36,752 nt of DNA from an uncultured Prevotella sp. GTDB taxonomy: Bacteria; Bacteroidota; Bacteroidia; Bacteroidales; Bacteroidaceae. Both the position numbers and the translations under genes were made by a program. The notes beneath the pieces are model-generated. The model saw only the letters and a list, made by a program, of their open reading frames with translations. It was not told the DNA's origin and searched no databases. Location: NCBI GenBank assembly GCA_900319895.1, contig ONQK01000052.1, positions 1 through 36,752 of the forward strand, read 5' to 3'. Positions 1 to 9,871 of the stretch are shown here, one piece after another (positions within the stretch are counted from its first letter, which is position 1; every line of letters starts with the position of its first letter).

Positions 1-30
1 AAAAAAATGTGACAGCCAATAGGCTGCCAC
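1..30 (-). terminator. Intrinsic terminator of ilvE
   Basis: Minus strand GTGGCAGCC-TATT-GGCTGTCAC (one G-U pair) followed by ATTTTTTT. Confidence 0.8.
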
Positions 31-57
31 AAACCAAATGAAAAAATATCTTATGCG

Positions 58-1077
58 TTATTTTACAATGGTCACCCAATTGTGTGTGTCGGGCTCATCA
101 CCGTATTGGATAGCACGGAGCTTGTTGTAGAGCTTTGTAGACACGGGACCCGGCTTGCCGTCCTCGCTAAAGGTGTAGCGCTTGCCATTGTCCAAGTCAT
201 CGATGTAAGAGATAGGACTGATGACCGCCGCCGTTCCGCATGCGCCTGCCTCCTCAAAGGTTTCAAGCTCTTCCTCGGCAATAGGCCTGCGCTCCACTTT
301 GAGTCCGAGGTCTTCTGCCAGCTGCATCAAGCTCTTGTTGGTGATGGAAGGCAGTATTGACGACGACTTCGGTGTAACGTATGTGTTGTCTTTGATGCCG
401 AAGAAGTTGGCCGCTCCGCATTCATCCATGTATTTCTTCTCCTTGGCATCGAGATAAAATTCAGCCGCATAGCCTTTGTCGTGTGCGAATTTGCTGGCCT
501 GCATGGATGCCGCATAGTTGCCGCCGACCTTGTAACGCCCTGTTCCCAGCGGCGCCGCACGGTCCCACTCGCGCGTGATGACATAGGGATTACAAGAAAA
601 TCCGCCCTTGAAGTACGGCCCTACGGGTGTGACGAAGATGAGGAAGCAATATTCCGTAGCCGGCTTAACACCCACTTGCGCTCCAGTTCCAATCAACAAC
701 GGGCGCAAATAAAGTGTTGCCCCTGTCTCATAGGGTGGGATGAAGTCTTCATTCAGAAGCACCACTTTTTTACACATTTCAGTGAAAAGTTCAGTGGACA
801 CCTCCGGCATCAGGAGACCTTGTGCCGTCATTTGCAGGCGGGCGGCATTCTCGTCAACGCGGAACATGCGTATTTTCCCGTCTTTGCCACGATAAGCCTT
901 CAACCCTTCGAAGCCTTCCTGTCCGTAGTGCAGGCAAGTTGCTGCGATAGACATGTTGATGTTTGGATCAGAACTTACTTCTATTTCTCCCCACTTGCCG
1001 TCGCGATAATAGCAACGTACATTGTAATCGGCCTGAATGTAGCCGAAAGGCAGATTTGCCCAGTCTAAATTTTTCAT
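58..1077 (-). CDS. ilvE: Branched-chain amino acid aminotransferase (class IV PLP)
   Basis: LHYGQEGFEGLKAY, YLRP, KVGGNY (PLP lysine), ILPSIT, CGTAAVISP motifs. Confidence 0.96.
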   Translation of the reverse strand: MKNLDWANLPFGYIQADYNVRCYYRDGKWGEIEVSSDPNINMSIAATCLHYGQEGFEGLKAYRGKDGKIRMFRVDENAARLQMTAQGLLMPEVSTELFTEMCKKVVLLNEDFIPPYETGATLYLRPLLIGTGAQVGVKPATEYCFLIFVTPVGPYFKGGFSCNPYVITREWDRAAPLGTGRYKVGGNYAASMQASKFAHDKGYAAEFYLDAKEKKYMDECGAANFFGIKDNTYVTPKSSSILPSITNKSLMQLAEDLGLKVERRPIAEEELETFEEAGACGTAAVISPISYIDDLDNGKRYTFSEDGKPGPVSTKLYNKLRAIQYGDEPDTHNWVTIVK

Positions 1078-1120
1078 TTTCGTTTCTGGTATTATTTTTG
1101 AATATTTATTTTTTAGTCCA

Positions 1121-1128
1121 CAAATTTA
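1121..1128 (-). promoter_or_regulatory. Bacteroidetes sigma-A -7 element for ilvE
   Basis: TAAATTTG on minus strand matches TAnnTTTG. Confidence 0.65.
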
Positions 1129-1243
1129 ATAAGTTTTCATTTCACAGACAAATAAATTAATAGTAAAAAAAATAAAAATCACTTTTTTATGCTTTTTCCC
1201 TTATATTTTAAGGTATTGTTTGCTCAAATTCAAAGTATTTTCG

Positions 1244-1251
1244 TAATTTTG
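1244..1251 (+). promoter_or_regulatory. -7 element for ptb-buk
   Basis: TAATTTTG about 40 nt upstream of ptb ATG. Confidence 0.7.
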
Positions 1252-1292
1252 CGCCATTAACGAAAACATATCATTAAAACATTAAAAAAATC

Positions 1293-2201
1293 ATGGAAAT
1301 CATCAGAAACTTTGAAGATTTAGTTGCTCACCTTGCCCAAAAAGGTGAGAGGAAGCGCGTTGCCGTAGTCTGGGCCTCAGACGGGCACACCCAGTTTGCA
1401 GTTCACAAAGCGCTCGAAGAAGGGTTTATCAGCGCCATCTTCGTTGGCTGCCGGAAGGAAGTTGAAGCCAACGATGCCTTCAAGCCCTATGCGGAGCATA
1501 TCAGTTTCATTGACTCCGACGACCGCGACGACGCTGCAGCCAAAGCCGTAGCACTCGTTAGGGAACAAAAAGCAGACATTCTGATGAAAGGTCTTATCAA
1601 CACCGACAACTTGCTGCACGCCGTTTTAAACAAAGAAACTGGCATTCTCCCCAAAGGACGCGTGCTGACACACCTGACCTGCACCTCAATTCCAGGTCAT
1701 GCCAAACTGATTTTCTTTACCGATGCAGCCGTCATACCTTATCCTACACAGGAACAGCGCATTGAACAAGTGCGCTACGTCGCCCAAGTCTGCCACTCAT
1801 TTGGCATTGAAGAGCCCAAAATCTCATTGATCCACTGCACCGAAAAGCCCAACGAGAAGTTCTTCCCGTTCACCATCGGCTATGCAGACATCATCGAAAA
1901 GGCCAAGGGCGGCGAGTTCGGACGTTGCATCGTCGACGGGCCACTGGATGTGCGCACCTCCTGCGACATTGAAAGCATGAAGACCAAAGGCATTGAATCG
2001 CCCATCGCCGGCGAGGCAGACGCACTGATCTTCCCCGACATCGAAGCCGGGAACGTGTTCTACAAGGCCGTGACCCTTTTTAGTGGCGCAGAAACCGCCG
2101 CCTTCCTGCAAGGAACATTGGCCCCCGTCGTACTGACTTCACGCGGCGACAGCGAAATGACAAAATTCTACAGCCTCGCATTGGCTGCCGTCAGCTGCTA
2201 A
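1293..2201 (+). CDS. ptb: Phosphate butyryltransferase / phosphate acyltransferase
   Basis: MKGLINT, VDGPLD, PDIEAGNVFYK, PVVLTSRGDS motifs; adjacent to butyrate kinase. Confidence 0.92.
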   Translation: MEIIRNFEDLVAHLAQKGERKRVAVVWASDGHTQFAVHKALEEGFISAIFVGCRKEVEANDAFKPYAEHISFIDSDDRDDAAAKAVALVREQKADILMKGLINTDNLLHAVLNKETGILPKGRVLTHLTCTSIPGHAKLIFFTDAAVIPYPTQEQRIEQVRYVAQVCHSFGIEEPKISLIHCTEKPNEKFFPFTIGYADIIEKAKGGEFGRCIVDGPLDVRTSCDIESMKTKGIESPIAGEADALIFPDIEAGNVFYKAVTLFSGAETAAFLQGTLAPVVLTSRGDSEMTKFYSLALAAVSC

Positions 2202-2254
2202 GACCATTAACACTAATCAAAACAATAGGAATCATTTAACTTTTACCAGAAGTC

Positions 2255-3319
2255 ATGAAAATTTTAGTTATCAATCCTGGCTCTACATCAACAAAGATTG
2301 CCGTTTTTGACAAGGAAACACAAATCTTCAAGCACAGTATCTCACACTCTGTGGAACAATTGAGTCCGTACAAAACGATCATCGACCAATTTGAATTCCG
2401 CAAGCAACTGGTTCTCGAAGAGCTGAAAAAAGCCGGCGTAGCGCTTGACTTCCAAGCAGTCATCGGCCGCGGCGGATTGACCAAGCCCCTCGAAGGCGGC
2501 GTTTACGAGGTCAACGAGAAAATGAAGGAAGACATCCGTACCTCCGACCACTCACACGCCTGCGACCTGGGCTGCATCATCGCCAGCGACATTGCCAAGG
2601 ACATTCCCGGCTGCCGCAGCTTCATCGCCGACCCCGTCGTGGTCGATGAATTGAATGATTATGCACGCGTTAGCGGCTCACCGCTCTTCCAACGGGCAAG
2701 CATTTGGCATGCACTCAATCAAAAAGCCATTGCCCGCCGCTATGCAAAAGACATCAACAAGAGCTACGAAGACCTCAACCTGATCGTTTGTCACCTAGGA
2801 GGCGGCATCTCGGTTGCAGCGCACGATCACGGCCGCGCCGTCGACGTGAACAATGCACTCGACGGAGAGGGGCCTTTTGCACCGGAACGTGCCGGCACAC
2901 TCCCCGCAGCCGACTTGGTGCGCTTATGCTTCAGCGGGAAATACAATGAAAAAGAGATGCTGGCATTCATCTCCGGGAAAGAATCGGGGCTGTCCGGGCA
3001 TTTAGGCACCAACGACATGCGCGAGGTTGAGAATCGCTGCAACAACGGCGATGAAAAAGCCAGCCGGCTGGTAGATGCCATGATTTACCATATCGCCAAA
3101 AGCATCGCCGCCCAAGGCGCTGTATTCTGCGGGAAAATAGACGCAGTAATCATTACAGGAGGAATCGCAAGATGGCAATACATTGTGGACGAACTGACCA
3201 AACGCATCAACTATCTGGCACCCGTGGTTGTTTATCCGGGCGAAGACGAAATGGAAGCACTCGCGCTGAATGCCGTGGCCGTGCTCGAAGGTCAACGTGA
3301 GGCAAAAGAATATGTATGA
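2255..3319 (+). CDS. buk: Butyrate (branched-chain carboxylate) kinase
   Basis: INPGSTSTK, GRGGL, DPVVVDE, HALNQKA, HLGGGIS, PGEDEMEAL motifs. Confidence 0.95.
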   Translation: MKILVINPGSTSTKIAVFDKETQIFKHSISHSVEQLSPYKTIIDQFEFRKQLVLEELKKAGVALDFQAVIGRGGLTKPLEGGVYEVNEKMKEDIRTSDHSHACDLGCIIASDIAKDIPGCRSFIADPVVVDELNDYARVSGSPLFQRASIWHALNQKAIARRYAKDINKSYEDLNLIVCHLGGGISVAAHDHGRAVDVNNALDGEGPFAPERAGTLPAADLVRLCFSGKYNEKEMLAFISGKESGLSGHLGTNDMREVENRCNNGDEKASRLVDAMIYHIAKSIAAQGAVFCGKIDAVIITGGIARWQYIVDELTKRINYLAPVVVYPGEDEMEALALNAVAVLEGQREAKEYV

Positions 3320-3350
3320 AAATTTTTAATGTATTAAATGATAACTTCTG

Positions 3351-3386
3351 AATCCTGGCGGCTCGGTGCCGCCGGGATTTTTTATT
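3351..3386 (+). terminator. Intrinsic terminator of ptb-buk
   Basis: AATCCTGGCGGC-TCGGT-GCCGCCGGGATT then T-run. Confidence 0.85.
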
Positions 3387-3499
3387 CCCATGTTCCCAAA
3401 ATGCCTTGCCTTTACCCCAAAACGCCTCCTTATCAATGAAAAAGCACCCCTGGAAAGAGACGCACGGCGAGTGCAGGCAATGGACGACAAGGCAAACGT

Positions 3500-4222
3500 T
3501 CACTGCATCATCTCATCTAAAAAATCGATGAAACCATTCAACAGTCCATTGCCGTCCGCCGCGTCCGCCGCCGATTTCCTCTCCTGCTCCGCCTGCTGCA
3601 AGACTTTCACAATATCTTCCTTGTCGACAGTGAAAACATGGCCAAAAACTCCAATTGAAGCAATGCGCTCTTGACCGTCGTAATCAATACGCCCCACGGA
3701 TACGACAAAATAATTTTTCACCACCAACAACTCGTCCAAGGCACTGTCGGCAAACTTCCCAAAAACATATTTGCCAAACATCTGAAGACCCGTTTCAATC
3801 AAGCTGCCGCTTTCGCCCAGTTGCTGCCCCAGCGCCGCACTCACTTCACTCCGAATAGCATCTTGATGCACTTTCTTTCCGGGACAAGTAGCAATCATCA
3901 CTAAAATTGCGGCAACCGCCACCATCGACACAGTGAATGAGCGGCCGCCACCTCTCCTCATTCTCGCCGGAATCACTTCCTTTGGCGACGCAACCGCTTC
4001 TGCGTCAACATTTTGAGCGTCACCTGCTTCCGCCCCACCCCCTTTCTTTGGGGCAGCGCCTGCCGACAAAATCTCCCGAAGCTCGGCAACCTGCCAAGCC
4101 GGCAGCCATTGATTGGAGCCCTCCGCCAAAACCAGCGTCTCAGCCGAGATACTCCGTGAAACAAGCTCCTCAATCGTATAAGGCCCTTGCTTTTCATTGT
4201 CTCTTGAAATGTAGTAAGCCAT
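3500..4222 (-). CDS. Membrane-anchored protein: N-terminal GYF_2/DUF4339-like domain, one TM helix, C-terminal DUF4359-like domain
   Basis: YYISRDNEKQGPYTIEEL...ETLV...W.PAWQVAEL; hydrophobic VSMVAVAAILVMIATCP; KNYFVVSVG...SIGVFGHVF; start moved to the ATG at 4222. Confidence 0.7.
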   Translation of the reverse strand: MAYYISRDNEKQGPYTIEELVSRSISAETLVLAEGSNQWLPAWQVAELREILSAGAAPKKGGGAEAGDAQNVDAEAVASPKEVIPARMRRGGGRSFTVSMVAVAAILVMIATCPGKKVHQDAIRSEVSAALGQQLGESGSLIETGLQMFGKYVFGKFADSALDELLVVKNYFVVSVGRIDYDGQERIASIGVFGHVFTVDKEDIVKVLQQAEQERKSAADAADGNGLLNGFIDFLDEMMQ

Positions 4223-4297
4223 TTTTCTTCTATCACCTATTTTTAATATAGATACTTTTTCTGTCAAAAAATCACATTAAAGAATAAATTCTCAAGA

Positions 4298-4305
4298 CAA
4301 AGATA
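4298..4305 (-). promoter_or_regulatory. -7 element for the GYF-domain gene
   Basis: TATCTTTG on minus strand. Confidence 0.6.
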
Positions 4306-4512
4306 TTCCTATTTTCCCAATCTGCAAAAAAAAATGCCAGAAAATCTTCCATGGACAAACCATCCTCATCATTTTTGCCAAGCCTTTGCCCATCAACATT
4401 TCCAGACCCTCAGGAAACATGTTTGTACACCGTTGTTTTCAATGCTTTAACCTATTTTTAATAATCAAATATTTTATTTTCAGTTTTTTTCTTGATTGTA
4501 ATCTTTTTTTTT

Positions 4513-4520
4513 TAACTTTG
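4513..4520 (+). promoter_or_regulatory. -7 element for ffh-folD-(vor) unit
   Basis: TAACTTTG followed by CAGC, about 45 nt before ffh. Confidence 0.75.
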
Positions 4521-4563
4521 CAGCATTATTATCTCGTCTTCTTGACGAAAATCAATAATATTT

Positions 4564-5901
4564 ATGTTTGAAAACTTAAGTGACAGACTTGAACGCTCCT
4601 TTAAAATCCTCAAAGGAGAGGGAAAAATTACCGAAATAAACGTTGCGGAAACTCTCAAAGAAGTTCGCCGCTCATTGCTTGATGCCGACGTCAACTATAA
4701 AGTTGCCAAGACCTTTACCGACAACGTCAAGCAAAAAGCCCTCGGACAAAATGTACTCACAGCCGTCAAGCCAGGACAATTGATGGTGAAAATCGTCCAC
4801 GACGAATTGGCGGAAATCATGGGCGGACACGCCGTGGAAGTCAACTTGAAAAACCGCCCGGCCATCATCCTGATGAGCGGTTTGCAAGGCTCCGGCAAGA
4901 CCACTTTCAGTGGCAAGCTGGCAAACATGCTGAAAAACAAACAGCGCAAGAACCCATTGCTCGTGGCATGCGACGTCTACCGACCGGCGGCCATCGAACA
5001 GCTCAAGGTAGTCGGTGCCCAAATCGGCGTCCCCGTCTATTCAGAGCCCGAGAGCAAAAACGTGCTTGACATAGCACACAACGCCATTCGCGAGGCGAAA
5101 GCCAAGAACAACGACGTAGTTATCATCGACACAGCAGGCCGCCTGGCCATAGACGAAGAGATGATGAGTGAAATTGAAGCACTCAAAAAAGCCGTGCTGC
5201 CCGACGAGACACTGTTTGTGGTCGACTCCATGACAGGACAAGATGCCGTGAACACCGCCAAGGAATTCAACGACCGCCTCGATTTTGACGGCGTTGTACT
5301 GACCAAGCTCGATGGCGACACCCGCGGCGGCGCGGCCCTCTCCATCAGGACGGTGGTGGCCAAGCCCATCAAGTTCGTCGGTACCGGCGAGAAAATGGAA
5401 GCCATCGACGTTTTCCACCCTTCCCGAATGGCAGACAGGATCCTGGGCATGGGCGACATCGTTTCGCTGGTTGAACGTGCCCAAGAACAGTTTGATGAAG
5501 AAGAAGCACGTCGGCTTCAAAAGAAAATACAAAAAAACAAATTCGACTTTAACGACTTTTTAGGACAAATCCACCAAATCAAGAAAATGGGTAACCTCAA
5601 AGACCTGGCATCCATGATCCCAGGTGTCGGAAAAGCCATCAAAGACATTGACATCGACGACGATGCCTTCAAGGGCATTGAAGCCATCATCCTCAGCATG
5701 ACACCACAAGAGCGCACGAACCCGGAAATCCTCAACACCAGCCGCAGGACGCGCATAGCCAAAGGCTCGGGCACAAACATCCAAGACGTGAACCGGCTGA
5801 TCAAGCAATTTGACCAGACACGCAAAATGATGAAAATGGTGACCGGCGGCGGCATGGCCAATATGATGAGAGGAATGAAGGGCAATATGCCGAAATTTTG
5901 A
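4564..5901 (+). CDS. ffh: Signal recognition particle protein
   Basis: GLQGSGKTT, DTAGR, TKLDGDTRGGAALS, Met-rich M domain. Confidence 0.98.
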   Translation: MFENLSDRLERSFKILKGEGKITEINVAETLKEVRRSLLDADVNYKVAKTFTDNVKQKALGQNVLTAVKPGQLMVKIVHDELAEIMGGHAVEVNLKNRPAIILMSGLQGSGKTTFSGKLANMLKNKQRKNPLLVACDVYRPAAIEQLKVVGAQIGVPVYSEPESKNVLDIAHNAIREAKAKNNDVVIIDTAGRLAIDEEMMSEIEALKKAVLPDETLFVVDSMTGQDAVNTAKEFNDRLDFDGVVLTKLDGDTRGGAALSIRTVVAKPIKFVGTGEKMEAIDVFHPSRMADRILGMGDIVSLVERAQEQFDEEEARRLQKKIQKNKFDFNDFLGQIHQIKKMGNLKDLASMIPGVGKAIKDIDIDDDAFKGIEAIILSMTPQERTNPEILNTSRRTRIAKGSGTNIQDVNRLIKQFDQTRKMMKMVTGGGMANMMRGMKGNMPKF

Positions 5902-5931
5902 TAACATTTAGAAAAAGAAAGGATTTGAAGC

Positions 5932-6810
5932 ATGCAAATTATAGACGGTAAGGCAACTGCTATCGCCGTAAAGTCAGAAATCAAGCGCGAAGTTGAAGAA
6001 ATCGTGTCAAAAGGCGGCAAGCGCCCACATTTGGCAGCCATTCTCGTTGGCCACGACGGCGGCTCGGAGACCTATGTGAAAAACAAAGTCCTGGCTTGCG
6101 AAGAATGCGGTTTTAAGTCATCGCTCATCCGTTTCGAGGACAATGTCAGCGAAGATGAGCTACTGCAGCAGATTGAGCGCCTCAACGGCGACGCCGACGT
6201 TGACGGCTTCATCGTACAATTGCCGCTCCCCAAGCACATTGACGAGCAAAAAATCATTGAGGCTATCGACTACAAAAAAGATGTTGACGGCTTCCATCCC
6301 ATCAACGTCGGCCGCAGCTCAATAGGACTTCCCTGCTTCATTTCGGCCACCCCATTAGGCATTTTGACGCTGCTCAGACACTATAACATCCAGACAAGCG
6401 GCAAGAAATGCGTCATTCTCGGACGCAGCAACATCGTAGGCAAGCCCATGGCGCAGCTTATGATGCAGAAACAGTACGGCGATGCTACTGTCACCGTATG
6501 CCACAGCCGCTCGGGGAACCTGAAAGAAGAGTGTCTACAGGCAGACATCATCATTGCAGCCATCGGGCAGCCGGAGTTCGTAAGAGCCGACATGGTGAAA
6601 GACGGAGCAGTCGTCATTGACGTAGGCACCACCCGTGTCGCCGATGCCAGCCGCAAAAGTGGCTTCCGTTTAAGCGGCGACGTAAAATACGACGAAGTTG
6701 CCCCGAAATGCGCATACATAACCCCTGTGCCAGGCGGCGTTGGTCCGATGACCATCTGTTCGCTGATGAAAAATACCTTGGCTGCAGGCAAAAAAGAATA
6801 CTACCCATGA
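5932..6810 (+). CDS. folD: Bifunctional methylene-THF dehydrogenase/cyclohydrolase
   Basis: [35 protein letters not shown]. Confidence 0.97.
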   Translation: MQIIDGKATAIAVKSEIKREVEEIVSKGGKRPHLAAILVGHDGGSETYVKNKVLACEECGFKSSLIRFEDNVSEDELLQQIERLNGDADVDGFIVQLPLPKHIDEQKIIEAIDYKKDVDGFHPINVGRSSIGLPCFISATPLGILTLLRHYNIQTSGKKCVILGRSNIVGKPMAQLMMQKQYGDATVTVCHSRSGNLKEECLQADIIIAAIGQPEFVRADMVKDGAVVIDVGTTRVADASRKSGFRLSGDVKYDEVAPKCAYITPVPGGVGPMTICSLMKNTLAAGKKEYYP

Positions 6811-6986
6811 CAGCAGAAGAATATTACGCACTAGGCAATGAATATCGTCAGAAAGGCGATTGGAGAGAAGCACTCAACCACTACATTGCAGCAATAGAGC
6901 TGGACCCCAAAAGTCCCGCCGTACATGCCAAGGAGATGCTTGACAATATTCTGAGCTACTATTGTAAAGACATGTATAACCCTTAA
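6807..6986 (+). CDS. 59-aa single-TPR protein
   Basis: [34 protein letters not shown] fits the TPR consensus; ATG overlaps folD stop (ATGA). Confidence 0.8.
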   Translation: MTAEEYYALGNEYRQKGDWREALNHYIAAIELDPKSPAVHAKEMLDNILSYYCKDMYNP

Positions 6987-7026
6987 AATAAACCCAGACT
7001 TAAACAGTCGTAAATCAAAAGGCATT

Positions 7027-7257
7027 ATGAGTAAATTAAAAGGCGCCATTGTAGTCGACACAGAAAGGTGTAAAGGTTGTTCGCTTTGCGCAATAGCCTG
7101 TCCGCAAGCAGTGATTGCACTGGCAAACAAGGTGAACGTTCACGGTTACCCGTACGTTGAACCCGTCAAGCAAGAAGCTTGCGTGGGATGTACTTCATGT
7201 GCGATAGTATGTCCCGATGGATGTATCACGGTTTATCGTAAAAAAGTGGAGGACTAA
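7027..7257 (+). CDS. 2x[4Fe-4S] ferredoxin-like delta subunit of 2-oxoacid:ferredoxin oxidoreductase
   Basis: CKGCSLCAIACP and CVGCTSCAIVCP. Confidence 0.92.
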   Translation: MSKLKGAIVVDTERCKGCSLCAIACPQAVIALANKVNVHGYPYVEPVKQEACVGCTSCAIVCPDGCITVYRKKVED

Positions 7258-7260
7258 GGA

Positions 7261-8346
7261 ATGGCAGAACAAGAAGTAAAACTTATGAAAGGCAACGAAG
7301 CGATAGCTTACGCTGCCGTGAGATGTGGCTGTGACGGATATTTCGGTTATCCGATCACCCCACAAAGTGAGATTCTCGAGACACTCGCAGAAATGAAGCC
7401 TTGGGAGACAACAGGAATGGTTGTTTTGCAAGCAGAGAGCGAAACATCGTCAATCAACATGATTTACGGTGCAGCCGGAGCTGGGAAACGCGCTTTCACG
7501 TCTTCATCAAGCCCTGGCATCGCACTGATGCAAGAAGGCATTGCCTACCTCGCAGGTGCCGAGCTACCTGGAGTGTTCGTCAATGTGCAACGCGGCGGTC
7601 CCGGCTTGGGTACGATCCAGCCTTCACAGGGCGACTATTTCCAGGCGACACGCGGCGGCGGCAACGGCGACTATTATGTCATCACCCTCTGTCCGAACTC
7701 TGTTCAAGAAATGGCAGATTTCATGGATTTGGCATTTGAGCTAGCTTTCAAGTACCGCAACCCTGCGATGATTCTCTCAGACGGTGTCATCGGTCAGATG
7801 ATGGAGAAGGTAGTCCTTCCGCCACAAAAACCGCGCCGCACGGAAGAAGAAATCAAGAAGGAATGCCCTTGGGCTACTTTTGGCCGCACCAAGGATCGCA
7901 ATCCCAACATCATCACTTCGCTGGAATTGCAGCCAGAGGTCATGGAGCAACGTAATATCCACCTTCAAAAGAAATACCAAGAGATTCGCGACAATGAGGT
8001 TCGCTATGAAACCAGCCAATGCGAGGACGCGGACTACGTTATCGTTTCCTTCGGCAGTGCCTCCCGCATTGCCTCACAAGCCATTGAGAACGCTCGTGCC
8101 GAAGGCATTAAAGTCGGTTTGTTCCGTCCTATCACCGTATGGCCGTTCCCCAGCAAAGAGATTGCAGAGATGGCACGCGGCAAAAAAGGCGTATTGGTTG
8201 TAGAGATCAATGCCGGTCAGATGGTAGAAGACGTCCGTCTTGCCATCAACGGTGAAGTTCCTGTCGAGCATTTCGGTCGTCTGGGCGGCATGGTTCCAGA
8301 ACCGGAAGAAATAGTAAATGCGTTGAAAACTAAATTGATGAAGTAA
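7261..8346 (+). CDS. vorB: 2-oxoisovalerate-type 2-oxoacid:ferredoxin oxidoreductase alpha subunit
   Basis: GNEAIA, GYPITPQSE, QAESE, SSSPG, QRGGPGLG, VEINAGQM. Confidence 0.88.
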   Translation: MAEQEVKLMKGNEAIAYAAVRCGCDGYFGYPITPQSEILETLAEMKPWETTGMVVLQAESETSSINMIYGAAGAGKRAFTSSSSPGIALMQEGIAYLAGAELPGVFVNVQRGGPGLGTIQPSQGDYFQATRGGGNGDYYVITLCPNSVQEMADFMDLAFELAFKYRNPAMILSDGVIGQMMEKVVLPPQKPRRTEEEIKKECPWATFGRTKDRNPNIITSLELQPEVMEQRNIHLQKKYQEIRDNEVRYETSQCEDADYVIVSFGSASRIASQAIENARAEGIKVGLFRPITVWPFPSKEIAEMARGKKGVLVVEINAGQMVEDVRLAINGEVPVEHFGRLGGMVPEPEEIVNALKTKLMK

Positions 8347-8348
8347 TC

Positions 8349-9119
8349 ATGGAAGAGAATAAGATCATATCACCAGAGAACTTGGTGTATAAAAAGCCAA
8401 CCTTGATGAACAATGTGCCAATGCACTATTGCCCTGGCTGTTCACATGGCGTGGTACACAAATTAGTAGCTGAGGTTATCGAAGAAATGGGGATGGAAGA
8501 CAAGTCTGTGGGCGTTTCCCCCGTTGGCTGCTCTGTATTCGCCTATCGCTACATCGACATTGACTGGCAAGAAGCGGCACACGGTCGCGCACCTGCCGTT
8601 GCCACAGCCATCAAGCGCCTGTGGCCCGACCGCTTGGTATTTACCTATCAAGGCGACGGCGACCTTGCTTGTATTGGTACGGCAGAGTCTGTCCATGCCT
8701 TGAACCGTGGTGAAAACATCGTCATCATCTTTATCAACAATGCCATTTATGGCATGACCGGCGGCCAGATGGCACCGACGACTTTGATGGGTCAGAAGAC
8801 CGCCACTTGTCCTTACGGCCGTCAAGCCGACCTTCACGGCTATCCCTTGAAGTTTACCGAGATGGCAGCCTTAATGGAAGGAACATGCTTTGTCACACGC
8901 CAAAGCGTTGAAAGCGTTGCCTCTATCCGCAAGGCAAAGAAAGCACTTCGCAAGGCATTCGAGGCATCAATGGCTGGCAAAGGCTCTTCTTTGGTAGAGT
9001 TTGTCAGCACATGCAATAGCGGTTGGAAACTCACACCCGCCAAAGCCAACGAGTGGATGAAGGAGAACATGTTCCCCTTCTATGAGAAAAGCGATCTGAA
9101 AGATACAACGGGCATGTAA
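8349..9119 (+). CDS. 2-oxoacid:ferredoxin oxidoreductase beta (TPP-binding) subunit
   Basis: HYCPGC, GDGD...NN TPP motif, YGMTGGQMAPT. Confidence 0.92.
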   Translation: MEENKIISPENLVYKKPTLMNNVPMHYCPGCSHGVVHKLVAEVIEEMGMEDKSVGVSPVGCSVFAYRYIDIDWQEAAHGRAPAVATAIKRLWPDRLVFTYQGDGDLACIGTAESVHALNRGENIVIIFINNAIYGMTGGQMAPTTLMGQKTATCPYGRQADLHGYPLKFTEMAALMEGTCFVTRQSVESVASIRKAKKALRKAFEASMAGKGSSLVEFVSTCNSGWKLTPAKANEWMKENMFPFYEKSDLKDTTGM

Positions 9120-9139
9120 ATTAAAACAGTTTAGAATTT

Positions 9140-9682
9140 ATGAAAAAAGAAATAATTATTTCAGGTTTCGGAGGTCAGGGTGTGCTCTCCATGGGCAAGA
9201 TTTTGGCATACTCAGGACTCATGGAAGACAAGGAAGTGACATGGATGCCAGCGTATGGTCCCGAACAGCGCGGCGGTACTTGCAACGTTACGGTCATTGT
9301 TAGCGACGACCGCGTATCATCTCCCATCTTGAGCAAATACGACGTTGCCATTGTCCTCAACCAACCTTCACTCGACAAGTTCGAGCCAAGAATCAAGCCA
9401 GGCGGGATTTTGATTTACGACGGTTTCGGCGTTATCAATCCCCCCAAACGCAAGGACATCGAGGTCTATCGGGTAAATGCCATGGACAAGGCAGCCGAGA
9501 TGAAAAACTCCAAAGTCTTCAATATGATTGTGCTGGGCGGCTTGCTACAGGTTTGTCCTGTCGTGACACTCAACGGCTTGGAAAAAGCACTCTATAAGAC
9601 ACTCCCCGAACGTCACCACGGGCTGATTCCCTTGAACATGGAAGCTGTGGTAGAAGGACAGAAGATTATAGAAAAGCAATAA
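9140..9682 (+). CDS. 2-oxoacid:ferredoxin oxidoreductase gamma subunit
   Basis: GFGGQGV, YGPEQRGG, NMIVLG. Confidence 0.92.
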   Translation: MKKEIIISGFGGQGVLSMGKILAYSGLMEDKEVTWMPAYGPEQRGGTCNVTVIVSDDRVSSPILSKYDVAIVLNQPSLDKFEPRIKPGGILIYDGFGVINPPKRKDIEVYRVNAMDKAAEMKNSKVFNMIVLGGLLQVCPVVTLNGLEKALYKTLPERHHGLIPLNMEAVVEGQKIIEKQ

Positions 9683-9716
9683 TTGAAACCCCAGAAAAGG
9701 GGTTCAAAATCTAAAA

Positions 9717-9758
9717 AAAGAGACTGTATGCCTGATGCTATTCAGATACAGTCTCTTT
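9717..9758 (+). terminator. Hairpin, probable terminator after the vor genes
   Basis: AAAGAGACTGTAT...ATACAGTCTCTTT, 13-bp inverted repeat. Confidence 0.7.
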
Positions 9759-9871
9759 GCCTTTCCTTGTCCACAAACACATCACAGCCATCTTGTCATA
9801 ACAATAGCACGAATGACTAAAGGGAAAAACATCCATCAGATAGTCAATACAACTCTTCAATTTAAACGCGT

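Noticed and set aside
4270-4560. Possible SRP RNA next to ffh, or an invertible promoter
   Set aside because: No SRP domain IV hairpin and no flanking inverted repeats were visible
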